Assembly: GCA_973895155.1 (NCBI GenBank)
Contig: OZ316896.1
Location: 21,967,722 to 22,031,721 of the forward strand
Length of the DNA: 64,000 bases
Source: Marsupella aquatica
Lineage: Eukaryota; Plantae; Marchantiophyta
Direction of reading: 5' to 3'
Positions 1 to 13,272 of this stretch are shown piece after piece. A program made the translations under genes and the position numbers. Below the pieces are notes generated by a model. That model made no database searches and was not told the origin of the DNA. It saw only the letters and a program-made list of their open reading frames with translations. Positions within the stretch are counted from its first letter, which is position 1; the number at the start of each line of letters is the position of its first letter.

Positions 1-725
1 TTCGAATGACATCAGATAAAAGATTTTTGTACATTTCTATGAAGTAGATTTGATGGTTTGAACTCACTTCTCTGATGGCACATAACCCAAGGGTCAATTT
101 AAGACGAAAACTATGTTGAAGCACTTATTAACAGGGTACGGGTTATCTCCTCTGAAACTTGAAGAGTTAGCTGGAACTTCATTCTTAGCTTTATGGAGCG
201 CACATTACGTTAGCCAGTCATATCAATCTGGGCACATCTAACTACAGCTAAATGTCTGCTATGTGGCTCATAAGGCTAGTCTTATCAATCTTACTCCATG
301 GCGCATCAAAGCTAGACAGTACTCTAGTCATAGTCACCTAGTCTGCGTTGCGCATATCAATCTAGCCGTGTCAAATGTTTCCTGCTGCCCAGCTCCCAAT
401 GAGCCGTGCCCTTCAGATCAGCGTTGTCACTAAAAAAATGCCTGCCTGCAGTAATCTGTGGACAATTGATCGCGATCACACTGGAAAAGATGGGCTCGCT
501 ATCGTACTGAAATTTTAGGTCGCCTATAATCCAGGATTGAACTTCTTTAATTTCTGGAATACAGCGCCATGTCGTTTACATCTGGATTAACTTTGAAACC
601 TGTATTATTTGGAAAGTGATCACGTAGGAGTGGCCGACTAGATCTGGATCGATTGATTGAACGAATTTCTGTAAAACAGCACGATGTCGCTCAATTCTGA
701 ATTATAGGTTCTCTACCTGCCCATT

Positions 726-2138
726 CTAGATTCCACGCAGGTGGAGGTAGTAACCATCGATAGCAGTGCTAGCCGTGAAGGTGAGGATTGCGACTCCGCT
801 GAAACCCAAAGCAACCTGAATGACCGTGCAAAAGTTGGAGTAATAATTGCAGAGTACTGAACTCAGGTGTGCAGAATCGTTGTCACTGGCAACATAGAAC
901 CCATTTTTACCGATCACCTCCGTTGCCGTTGCAGAGGCAAATGCCAGCAGTAGAAAGACCACGCCGATCTGCAGTGCCAAAGCAGCCATTAGTAGTCTTC
1001 AGAGCCCTCACAGTAGTAATCTACTACGGTCGCAAAGTTATTGACGAGTCCAATCTCAAAAGCAATTCCAGACTTGTTTATTCTAGGAGGCAAACAAGAC
1101 ACACATACTTCATTCGTGGAAATGGAACTTCAATTATTTGAAAGTTAGACAGAAGTTACGAGTTGAGGATACTAATGGATTTACCGTAGATTCAACTCGG
1201 GTACCACAGTCAACAACTGACAATTAGTAGGTACAGGGGCATTTAACTTGTTACCAACTATCAACATTCATTGAAGGAATCTTTACACAGTAAATTTGCT
1301 ATCCTGACATTCTGTAACAAACCTTCGAATCGTCCAGGACAGAGAAACACCAGTCTAATTAAAGATGCATCCATAGTTAAGACGAGTGAAGGTGAGAACA
1401 TAGAAATTATTTTGACACCAAAGTTTTGAGCTAGATTTCTGATGTACATGGCCTTTTTAAACGTGATCAGTTTGATATAACGCATCCATGCATGGTTCTA
1501 GCTAGCTACAGCTAGCAAGGTCCTACAGCTTACCACATCCAAGACAAGGAACGTCAACAGTAGTTTCCCAGGAGTTGCCAAGCTATTGCCATTAATCCAC
1601 ATGAAAATGGCGATCCCAGACAGCACAAAAGCATATACGGCCACCACTGCATTGACGATCATAAAGAACCTGCACCCAAATCGTTGGAGTTCACACGTAC
1701 TACTGATCAGAAGCAGTCGCCTATTTGTGTCAAAATTAAAATAATGCACTCAAGACTATCGTAGGCTGGTGATTAATTTGATAACTGTATAGCTCCAGTA
1801 CTGCGATCAGTTAGTTAGGAAGCCAGGCAGCTACAATTATATACAGCGAGAATATCAAACAAGGCGTACCCGTATGCGGCAGTGGACTTATAGTCCAGCG
1901 TCCACCCATGAGCATCCGTCGATTTTGCAAATATCGTCGACAAGGTGGCTGCCAGCGCTAGCACAAACGTCGTGACTTTGAGCGCCGTGTTCCACCGTTG
2001 GAGCACTGGCCGACTCTCAGAGTTCGAGCGATTTGACGTCGGATGTCTAGTGGTTTCGTCGCCAGTGTAGGTGGCGAAGTTATCGACGTAGTGATCTGTG
2101 TTGTTCTTATGATCGGTTACATAGGATGGAAAACTCAT
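726..2138 (-). CDS. CASP-like (CASPL/DUF588) four-TM membrane protein, 3 exons (2138-1870, 1669-1534, 968-726)
   Basis: Three minus-strand ORF pieces join in phase at GT-AG sites. Hydrophobic helices LKVTTFVLALAATLSTIF, YGFFMIVNAVVAVYAFV and LTFLVLDVIGVVFLLLAFASATA, plus LCNYYSNFC, match the CASPL layout and its typical two-intron structure. Confidence 0.8.
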
Positions 2139-5100
2139 TGTGACGATTCGACACTAAGACCAAGCGAAGATCGAGCAAGTACGTTGTTCTTCCGATGGAA
2201 TTTGTCGTAGAATTAAGGTGAGGGTCCGTAGCTTTCCAGGTGATCGGTCCTTCCACGATTTGCACAATTGGGATGGAGCTTTTCAGGCGATCCTTATCAA
2301 TTGGAGAACTACGGAGCACCCCGAGCTATGAAGTGGTTGGCTCTACTGCTAGATCGATGAGCTCAACAGTCATGCTAGCGGATGATGCGTGGCAAGGTGT
2401 GCCGCCAGCATTAATTCCGTGCAATGGAAAGCTCTGCAGGTTGGTGCCGAATTCATCTGAGCATCACTGTTCTTTGTAATATCGACATCCTTCCACAAAG
2501 GTCCGTCCACTACCGGCGGCGCTGTCACATGCACGCTCACATAATCCACCGAGCTTCCAAAAACAACAAAAAAACATTGGAGGCAACGCCAAGCGGCTCT
2601 CAGGATTCAGTGCTGCGCTGTACCAGCTTGAATGCGTCGCGTGTGTGAAATCGTCCACCATTCATTTGGTTGTTTCGAGGCAAAAGAAATCGTCCACCAT
2701 GATGTCTGTCATGGGATGATTTTGAAGACCAAAAGCCAAACTAAGTCAATCGGACTCCTTTCTAATTATTTAGCTTTGGAGGCGAGTGTCCTAAATTAAC
2801 GGTGAAAGGGGAAGAAACAAAAGCTCCCATCATGGCCTGCCCATAGCTAAACCTCCATGGATAGTATGGAAACGACAATTAAAACATGCCCCAGGAGCAC
2901 TTTTTACACCCCGCACTGAATTGTGACCTGTAAATGGGGCAACACCTAAGGGTAAGCCTGTAGACCCAGTTTGCGAACCCCCAAATTTCAGGAATGTGTG
3001 AGCCTCACCTTCTTGCTATATCACCCTGATGGTAGGCTATTTGGTGTGCACCATTGAGTTGGGAGTGCACTTAGCCTGGCTACTGATTGCAAAAAAGAGG
3101 GCAGCTAAAACTATTTTAGCTATTAGAGTAAAGTGATAAAAGGACTATATGGCAGGTAAGGACTCGAGCACAAGGGCTCTAGGGGAAATGAATTTGAGAT
3201 TGGACAAAAACAACCTTATCTATACCTGCAAGGTGACCTTACAGTACATACAGACAAAACAAATGTGCAACTTACCAGTATTTGCCTTAAATTTTTGGTT
3301 TCATTCATTTGTCTCACCTGGGTGAAGGTGAACTTGTATGTACATGAACTTGTCATTGCCATCTCTAGCATCGATTGAAGCTTTAAATAGAATGTAGTAT
3401 TTTAATAGAAAACTCCCCTGCCAGCCTGTTGCGCGACCTGCTTGAGGGTGGTTTCCCCAATTATGTTAAACTACAAGATTTCCTGCCAACAGCACTGCGG
3501 ATTACAATAATTCATAGGAATCACTTGCAAATGAAATTAAAGTTGAGTGATATTATTTTGCAATGTTTTAGGAAATATAGGAGATAAGTAAAGAGAAGAT
3601 CTAGCTTATTAAAAATATTCTCCAATATGAACCTCTCGTGGTCATTAAAAGTGAAAATAAAAATAGTTTTTTGAATATGTTTAGATTAGTCTAAGATTGC
3701 ACATGGTATCTCAACATATATAGTTAACCTCCCCAGCCAGGTTGTTCAGGGATGTCCCCCCTTCAAAAGAAGCATTTCCTGTTAGCACAATTACATTGAT
3801 TTAGTCAAATTGAAGATATTGAAGCTTGGATATCTGTACCTTAAAATTTTGACAAAATACTTGGATCTAGACTTTTGCAATCCGGATGGACTGCAACATA
3901 ACACTCTCTTTTGCTCATACAATACAATCACATTGCATGGACAGGTGAAACCAGGCATGGAAACCAGACATTCATCTTTAGAAATTTGAGGGTTTATCAT
4001 TCTCATTGAAATTTGACCATATATGATCATTGGAAATATCTTTCCCCAACAATTTCTAGAGATCCTAAATTAGCTTGAGTACCCCTTGCAAGGTTACGTA
4101 AGCTTGATATTATTCAACTAATTGGAGTGATGAAGAGTATGTTGCTGATTAGAATAACTCTGAATATCGAGATGGGAGGACATAGATTAAATGGAGTATT
4201 GTTAATGAAATGGATTTTAAGGCACTAATTAGGACACTTTCATTTTCATTGAAGACAAAGAGATTGAAGATTATTCATGGTAAAAGTCCAGGCATTCAAA
4301 ATGTTCCCTTGGTATTGCTATATTCGTACACTACAGAAAACATCATAACATGATCATGACTCACGATAACAGGACATTTACTTGGCAATTCCGATTTGAT
4401 GGAGTGCATGTTGAGCCTCTTTGACGGCTTCGACAGTGGGCCATCTTCCTCTCATCTCTGCAAAGTTAAGATGGCCGCTACGTAGTGCAGGCGAATCAAA
4501 TGGTAAACTTCGGGACCCGCCACACGCGGCTTGCACAACCTCCAATGGTTGACAAACATTACTAGTATCACTTTGATTTGCGAAGTCTAGTGGTATAGGG
4601 TTGTGAGAATGCTTTCAGAACCATTCACAAGTCGGATATTCCACATTGACTCTTAACGTTCAGGCAGTACACTGGAAAGATTGAGATAATGTTTATCATG
4701 GTCAACTCTAGAAAAATGTTCTTTTAGAACAGACTAAAGTGACAGCTGCTTGAGAAATCTTGAGGGCCACGCGACCACTTGGATCATAAAGCGCTGGTTC
4801 TACAGGCGCTTCAGTCATTCCAAAAACGTTCATTGCACTGCAAAGAAACTATTTTCTATTCCGAGACGTAGACACCAAAGTTTCCCACTCAGAGCAGACA
4901 AATGCGCATACTTTGGCATAACCGATGGATTTGTCGCCACTTGTCGATCAACAGTAAATTGGAATTTTCAACAGTAATTTGAGACTAAGTTCGAGACGAG
5001 GATCGAGACACACAGGGAGGTAGCTCAGCATCGGTTAGAGATCAAATATCCTCAGTCTTAGAACCGAGTTGTCTCATTCACATTAGGATATAAAGCACGC

Positions 5101-5144
5101 CTGGGACATGAGGCTCAAGCGTATCCGCTCGAAGCGCATACCAA

Positions 5145-5216
5145 GATCAAGGTTACGAGAACGCTGTAACCTTGATCATTTTCGATCAAGGTTACGAGAA
5201 CGCTGTAACCTTGATT
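5145..5216. repeat. Two tandem copies of a 33-nt hairpin
   Basis: GATCAAGGTTAC-gagaacgct-GTAACCTTGATC at 5145-5177 (12-bp perfect stem), repeated at 5184-5216. Confidence 0.9.
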
Positions 5217-5699
5217 AAAGGAGCAGATTCTTCTGGGTAACTCATTATCTGGTTCGAAATCCAGATATCTTCACAAGCATTACCTCGAATCGAGCATTTG
5301 TTGTGGAATGTAGGTAGCTGTATTATGAATCGGAGAGGGCAGTTCCGCCTCTTCGTCAGGAACCAGAGATTTGATGTCCATTGGTTTGCATATTCGACCA
5401 AATATGCTGTTGCATTTTCGGCAGGAGACTTCATGTGATATATATATGGTCCGTAGTAAAGAATACAGCTGCGAGAGAGAACGTATTCTTGCTTTGGAGA
5501 CAACTTCGGCCTTCGGCCTTCAATCTAGGACAGCTACCTTAAAGCACGCAGTGACATTAATGCGTATGTTTTGGGTAAATGGTTCAATCAAATCATCTAT
5601 GTCATTGGATTATTTTTCTCAGCTGACGATGGACATCACATCGCACAAGTGACAGCCACGGGACATCTTTGTGGACATACGTGGCAGACGGGGCAGTGA

Positions 5700-6790
5700 C
5701 ATCATGTGATCAAGGATTTAATAAAACTTGGGGCAAGACCCAGAGACAATCTCACCTAGGCAAACAAGCTATTATCACAGCACACCAACAGCGCTGGTCA
5801 CCACCTCAACATCAGGCATCTAATAGTTGAGCATACTTCTATCCTGGCCCGGTAATGAAGTTGTGTCAACTCAATTACTACTGAATTGCCATAGTTGTCT
5901 TCATGGTTTCAGTGTCTTGTCCTCTTCCTTCAATGACATGGGGATCCTAGAGTCGGCGCTCCCTGAATTCAGCCTGTCAAATTAAATGGAACTTCAAGGT
6001 TTAGGGTCTGCCACCTTAGCAAGCTATGGAATTGTAATTAATGCCCTTGGAGCAGATTCCAGGAGAGGCCACAGCAAGCTCGGTCGCCAAACTCTGATTA
6101 ATGTCTCTTCTGGAGATCTAATCTCTCATTCTCTCAAGGTCTGAATTGTTTAAGTATTTGCTTCAATACTGTGACCTCATAAGACGCCCCACATGCTGAT
6201 GTACGGATCTGAGATCAAAGTTTCTGAGATTCAGCACAAGTTCCGCAGCATCTCATTCAAGGCACTGTCAGAGATCGATCTAGACAGCACAAGAGTCCGC
6301 CCAAACTAAAGTTCTGCATGAATGTGCCATTAATGTTTAGCTGAGCACTTACAGCTTACATGAATTTGTGATAATGTGATGTATGTCTCAAACTTCCACA
6401 CTTCCATATATTACTGGGTTGCACACTTGAGATGACTACTCTTCAATTCTAGTTAGCGGTCCACAGGATCAGTACGTAATTCGAAGTGGGGCTCAACACC
6501 GTCATTTGTGGCTTCGGTTTACTAGAGTGACGTACACGACATCTTGATACCTAAAGAGTTCGTAGGATGCTTTGCACTGTCAGTTTCTGAGCATTCGAAA
6601 CATTTCTACGGATACACTCATATATCAACAAATCAATCACCATTTTGGGAGGCGAGACTTGAGACCAACTGTCAGTACTCAGAGTCAGACTGGAAGCACT
6701 CCGATCATTGATAAATGTATATAAACGGGACGAAGAAAAGTTACTTTGGATGGTGAATCTAGGACATAAATGGTACTAGTTTTTCTTCTC
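5700..6790 (-). pseudogene. Decayed genomic copy of the INTS9 3' end (last three exons, introns, part of 3' UTR)
   Basis: Colinear similarity to ~42540-43880, e.g. gggcaagacccagaga vs gggcccagacccagaga; tttcagtgtcttgtcct vs tttcagtgtcctgccct; gtcatttgtggcttc..acatcttgatacct vs gtcacttgtggcttc..acatcttgagacct. Many indels, no intact frame. Confidence 0.8.
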
Positions 6791-9484
6791 TTTGTTATTT
6801 GTAGTTTTAAAAAATGGGAGTCTCCAGGGTTATCGACTGAGATTGCCTCGAACAATGAATGAGATTTTCTTACCTCTACGATGTAGTCATCTGAGTACTA
6901 GATAAGGCTCGAATATATAATTGCAGCTGGTGTATCAAAGCCATCAGCATCTGTTAAGAGGTTCCTGAACTTTGGTATTCGAAAACGAGAATTCGGGTGA
7001 AAGTTACGACCAACTCTTTGAAGATTAGCAAAGATCTTTTGAACAATATATATCTTAAAGAGCACATTGGAATATCATGCTATGGAAGTAGGAGCCGAGT
7101 TTTTCATTAAATCTGGGTCGATCTCCCCATGGCATCCAGCCACCCACAGAATTGAAACGTACCGAGGACGTAGTAGGGGACGTAGGGCCTGACAATTAAG
7201 TGATAGCCCTGGCTAACGACCGGCTGCCGGAAGAGTTTGAGTTCAAGCTAGCTTTAAAGTGTTGACGGCAGACCCGGGCCAAGAGAAAAAGCAACCCATG
7301 CAATTGTTGCAGAGAATTGGTAAACTCGAGCTGGAGGAAATGGAGGAAAGCAGAACTAAGTAAATCTACTTGACAAAAAAATTCAACACGGATTGTAGAC
7401 CGGGATTGTAGAGGAATTACGAACTCTTTAATTAGGCAAATAGAGCAACGGAAAACTATGCCATGTAACTCAAGGATTTGCTCGTATGTTAGGATGGACT
7501 TTTCCAACCCACAAGGCAAAACTGTCACATGCCCCGGTAGGAAAATCAAATTTATACTATCTTATGTGTGATTTAAACTATCTTATGTGTGAATTCCAAA
7601 TGGGTAATAGTGATGCATAAATCATTACCTAAACCATTCTACGGTAAGCAATACAGGTTCTTGTTCCTCTTAAAAGTCCCCAAAGACATCCTCAGGAATT
7701 ACTACATAGCATTCTGGGAAATTTCCCTGCAGCAATATCGGGGTTCCACTTTAAATCACAACTAGGAGACAATCCTTATTTCAAAATTCTCCTACTTATT
7801 TGTTAAAATGATGGGAGAAACCGCAACAAATGGGAGTATGTCCCACATGGGAAGACGACAGATCTGCCTCGCGTACCGGGAGACTAACCATAATTTTAGT
7901 GAAGATATATAGATTATTAATTTATTCTAACATGCCAATGTTTGAGTCCCGGTTTGAGTACAATCTGTAGCAAGCAACAGCATATTACTCGGCATATTAG
8001 CAGCAAATAGAATTCTGTTTTTTTTTGTCTTACTATACTTTGGTAGAGAGACCATCCGTGGCTTCTTCAGGTGACAATTTCAAGGTCCACATCGGGCATG
8101 CCAAATGTGCTATACGCCATATGTAGGCCCTTTCTCGTAGTTGTAGAAACTATACAATGTTAAAACATTTATATGAAAACAGGCGTTTTCTGTTCAAGCT
8201 AGTTTCGAGCTTGCCCAAAGGCTTTTTCTCCTATATAAAAAGGATACGACACTTTCAAGGCTACGATCAGACGTACTGTAGCCCTTGGTTTGCGTTTCTT
8301 ACAGGACTATCGATCAACCGTTACATCTCAAGGCTGTCATCACATGCTAGGCCTTGGTTTAAAACGTGTTTGCTAATTGATGCAGGGAACACCTTTGACT
8401 CTTTGTCTTCGTCCGTTTGACGAGTAGTCCCTTCATTGTCTTTTTGGACAGGTTCTGATTCTTTTTAGTTAATCCCTTGATCGAAATACATCGAAGGGAT
8501 TATTAATTTGTACGATAGAGCATCATTAAACGTTTAGTTTGACTCATAAGGATATGCCCTTTTATCTCAGTTCACTCCAAGAGCGAGAAGAAGTCAGAGT
8601 GCTGACTCATTCATAGCCAAAGGCTCGCTCAGTTAGCATGTAAGCTAGGGGACTGCCAGCACCCATAATTCATCCCTGACCTGAATGACTGTGCAATAGA
8701 GATATTTTTGGCTCACCGAGCTCAGACTTAATGTGGTGCTTCAGGATGCTGAAAGGCCTACAGTAGGGAAATTAATAGTGGATTTTGGAATTAGTACGTG
8801 TCAGTGATAACATTTTGGATTAGTGTCCATAGGACTTGACTGTAGTGGCTGATTGTGATGGTAATTTTTATGTAGCAGGAATGAGAATTCGGATCCTAAG
8901 AAGAGCAATAGACACAGCAGACTCGATGAGCTCTCATGGTGTGCTGGTCGGGACCAGCAACATTCGAAACACCATCATTCTCCTTGTCTTGGTCGATTCA
9001 TACTATCTATGAGCACCTTGAGATGAGACCCAGGGTCTCCTGGCGCTGACTCTCTTTCTCCGCGCGAGGGGTCAGGGTGGTGCTGTGGTTCCCGCGCGTC
9101 CACCTCCTTCTGGGCTTGGGCACCATTGTAGCTGCTGGTTTTTGCCACTGCTCGACTCTCAGTAAATTGACCTCAGGCCCTCGTTTAAACAACGAAAAAC
9201 CTCCACCTGATCCTTTCTTCGCGTGAAGAGAATTCAACCTGGGATCTCCTCCCTGTCATTGCGTACCCTCATCACTTCTAGGCTGTGATTCTTTACCATA
9301 CATAGTCAAGCAATTCCATATTTATGAAGCACAACTTTCTATAAATTTTAGTCTCTCATTGAGAGATTCGCTCGACTAATATTTTTCCTCTATTTTCCTC
9401 TATTTTCCTCATTTTTCCACCCCTTTCTTGAGACTTGCACTGTAGTGGTTTTAGTTTAGTACTACATCATGAGCAAATAAGTGA

Positions 9485-10273
9485 GAGCATCCCACAAGTG
9501 CCAAATGTCACGACTCCGGTTGAAAGCTATCCCCTCAGCTGCTCCCCACCGGCTCCCAACGTGCATTGCATGCCAGTAGTGGCAAATTCCAGACATATAT
9601 ATGGTGGCAGACATATATATGGTGACAGGGCCTATGGGATACCATTTCATTCCTTTCCCTTGAAAAAACCTTTTATTTAATTTTTTTCCATTTTTAATTT
9701 CTTCCCTTGAACAAACCAATTGAATTTCATTCAAAAAACCAGCATACAACAGGGGTGGCCCACAAAACGGGGTCTTCACGGGGGACCAAAGCGAGGGGTG
9801 TGTTAAGGGGGGGGGGGGGTTAAAATTTCATTCAAGATACTGGTTAAAATTTGGTGCATTCGCAATCCGTCAGAAATGAATGTGGACCAGCCAATTTTTT
9901 AAGGTTTTTTGTTTTTAGCCAGCGAATGTGATGGATGTCAGCCACTCTAAGGTAGGAGATGCTAGGAATATTCTTTATCTATTTTCCTGGATTATATATC
10001 CTAACCGTCAGATATCCCTAGATTTACGTAAGATCGTTAGATTCTAGCAAATAAGGTACATGATTTGGTGGGAAAGTGGCGAATGGCATAGTTACAAAGA
10101 ATCTAGCAAATTTTAGCCAAAAGTGGCCAACACTTTTTGGGGAGGTGGAATTTGGCAATTTGCACCTAAAAAAATCTGATGCGGACTCCCATGGCCTGGG
10201 ACGGGCAACGTAGCTGGCCAGATTGCTGAGGCGGAAGGGCCACATGTCCGTTGGAGATGCTCATGAGATGCTC
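9485..10273. mobile_element. PIF/Harbinger (Tourist-like) non-autonomous element
   Basis: Left end GAGCATCCCACA; right end GTTGGAGATGCTC...GATGCTC followed by TTA (GAGCATCTCCAA-type TIR). Internal 10002-10170 resembles 33838-34010. Confidence 0.5.
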
Positions 10274-10393
10274 TTATTGTCCACTATGTGTTAAATTTCC
10301 CGGTCTGTCTTCTATTTTCGAATAATATTCATGCTTAAGATACCAGGAATTAACAACCAAAAAGAGAAAGATGTAGGGTATGAGTTCAATCCC

Positions 10394-12354
10394 AGTGTGT
10401 GTTGCACAGAAGATATTGTTGCATGAAAGATGTGGTTAAACCACACCTGCCACTATAAAAGCCTCATTCCATGTCTCACTATTCACCATAAAAGGTGGAA
10501 CACTAGCACCTTTTGTGGAGTACTTGCCAAAATTAGGTTTTGCAATCAGCACCTTTTGTGAGCTCAAAGCCCATTTCTGAACTTGTACTCTTTAGAATGA
10601 GAGCTACGGGTTACCCGTAGCCCTTTAGAGGGGTAGGTGTGGTTTAAGGAATGATGTTCAATTTGTTAGATATTGTTCTAGTCTTGTGATTCATGAGCTA
10701 ACCACAGTTAGTCTAACTCGAGTTAGGACTTAGCTAATGTTAGCGGTAGTGTTGGTGTGCATATAACCAGGGCTGATGCCAGACCCTGGTGGAACTTAGG
10801 CTCATAGTTAAGGAGTTAGTTGAGAGATAGGGAGAGCTTGTGCTGTGGATGTTTGGTATGGCCAGTTGGCCTAGAGTGCAGTAAAGCTCTTGTGTGTTCC
10901 CGTGGACGTAGCCTCATGTGGAGGTGAACCACATATCTCTCTATGTCGACTATTGTGCGTTGGATGGTTCATGGGCTTGCCGTTGCGAATATTATCTATG
11001 CTCAACACAATTCCCAAATGATGTTCAATTCCCCCACATGTTCTTAGGTCAAAGATTTCAGTGCACAAAAGATGTCATTTAATTAGTAAAAGATATTGGT
11101 ACACATAAGATGTCGGTAAGTAAAATTTGTTGTTGCACAATAAATGTTGTTGAAGAAAACATGTCATTGACAAAAAAGATAATCGATGTAGTAGAAAAGA
11201 TGACAATGTGCCAAAATGACATTGCGCAAAAGATGCTTTATGTTTGAATGTGTAACAGATGTAATTACACAAACAATGACTTTACTATAAAAAATGTTGT
11301 CATCTGTGGTGGTCCCCTCATATATGCATGGACCTCAACCTTGCCACCCTGGCAAGAGTAGCTTGCCACCAACCCCTCCCAACCCATTGCTATTGCGCAC
11401 ATCCTTGAAATATATATTCAATTGTATGTACCAAGTATATAATTATATATATTTGTTTGTATAGAATGTACTCATTTCATAGGAAGGGCATGGGAGTACC
11501 AAGGGGAGGGGCCATTACACTCTCCTAGGCTTGCATTGCATCGCACATGGGGAATACATTCGGGTAGGGGGCCGGAATACAAAGAAAAATACACTTAAGA
11601 CAATGACAAGGGACTGGACCACAAGTGTACTTGAAAGTACCTTGAGGAGATCAAGGGGAGGGACTCTACTTGCAAGTAGAATGATCCTTTTCTGTGGCCA
11701 CTCAGCTAGGTGCCCGCTAGCGTTGTGGGGGGAATGAACTTTCCATCAATTACCATCAATGAATTCTTGTGTTTTCCATGTCATTTTTGCAAAATCTTTG
11801 TGAGATGTACATCTTTTATGCAATGACATCTCTAATTTATGCAATGCCATCTTTTTTGAACATCTTATGTGAACTAACCACACCAACATGACTGTCTCAA
11901 CAAATAGATTGCAAAGCCTATGTTTTCTTGCCTTGCTTTGACATTTTTTCTCGTCACTACAAAACTTTCCCTCCTCAACTTACATCTTCTGCTAGTCTTG
12001 ATATATTTTTCTCATCTTGCTATTTTTTTTGCACCTCTACAGCTTTCTCTCACCACAATATTTTTCTCATGCTCGGCATTTTTTTCTTTCCGACAGCTTC
12101 TTTTTTTTATTCACCTTAACATCCTTTTCTGACCTTGATATTGTTTTCTGACCTTGACATCTTATCTTTGTTTCATCTTCTCATCTTTTTTCTCATCTTG
12201 ACATCTTTATTTCATCTTTCTCATCTTTTCTCATCTTTCTCATCTTTTCTCATCTTTCTCATCTTTTCTCTTAGCTACATTTTTTTTCACCTTCACATAT
12301 TTTTCTCTCTTGGATAACTTTTCTCATCTTAACATCTTGTGTGCAACTCACCCT
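10394..12354. mobile_element. Non-autonomous TIR/foldback element with AAGATG/CATCTT subterminal repeats
   Basis: Left AGTGTGTGTTGCACAGAAGATATT vs reverse complement of right end AGGGTGAGTTGCACACAAGATGTT (20/24). AAGATG repeats in the left half, CATCTT repeats in the right half. No clear TSD. Confidence 0.55.
10664..11007 (+). mobile_element. Copia-like solo LTR
   Basis: TGTTAG...CTCAACA ends, perfect 5-bp TSD CAATT on both sides, plant Copia U5-type motif CCCGTGGACGTAGCC..GGTGAACCAC. Related copy at ~62.1-62.5 kb. Confidence 0.85.
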
Positions 12355-13272
12355 TGGCCCCAGTTAATAATAACCAAACCCAGCAGGCATTGGGCTAGTC
12401 TATATTAGTCTATACAGATAGATATATAGATTACGGAACTCATCCACAAGGCCAAAATCTGGAAACTTCAGTAGAGCTCAATGTGGAGACTTCAGACGAG
12501 TAGAGCTCGCATTCCAATCGGGATTACAATTGGATGCAATGAACATGGTCCAAAAAACTGAGACGATGCGGTGCATTGAAAATGGAGATCGAATTGGAAA
12601 AACTAACGAAGTCGAAGGCTTTCAAGACAACTGAACATGAATATAAAAAATTATATAGGCAATTCATCGAACACGGCCATCATTCCAGGACAGCACGATT
12701 ACGATTTGATGCAATGTACATGGTCCAATAAATTGAGACGGATTAATTGAAAATGGAGATCGAGGGATGTTGAAATGCACCGAGGCATGTTGAAAATGGA
12801 TCCCGAGGCAATGTGAAAGGTCATCGATCCCGGCCCTTGAAGGCTCAGTCGCACGCCAAATTCTGGCAAATCCAGAATGCGCATTTCACAAGCATATTCT
12901 GCGCCATATCCGACCAATTTTGGCGCGATGCTTAGTTTTGGTCCAGCCAGGCATGCAAGCCGTAGATGGAAATCTATCAAGTGTCACCAGGTAGATGTCG
13001 AGAGAAAATGTCACTGTTCCAAAGCTCGCTCAAGCTGGGCCTCTTCAGTTCGAGTCGAGCTTTGCTTTATAGGATGGAAGAATGGCGATTCAAAGCACTC
13101 CAATGGCATGAGACTGAACACGTATATATTTTTCCATATTCTGAAGCGAAGTTAGACCTGCAGTTTGATTTTATTTCCACGTACATGGTGCAGGAATTCC
13201 AAGACTGACGCCTCTTGACGAAATAAACGTAGCTGGGCTCCGGGCTGGGCTCCTGTTCTGCACTCAAGAAAG

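Noticed and set aside
6920-7420. Possible decayed coding exon
   Set aside because: Coding-like composition but stops in the frames examined and no identifiable homology.
9007-9237. GC-rich 76-aa ORF
   Set aside because: No recognisable motif or supporting exon structure in any frame.
11920-12317. Hydrophobic Phe/Leu-rich ORFs as membrane proteins
   Set aside because: Translation artefacts of CATCTTTT subterminal repeats of a TIR element.
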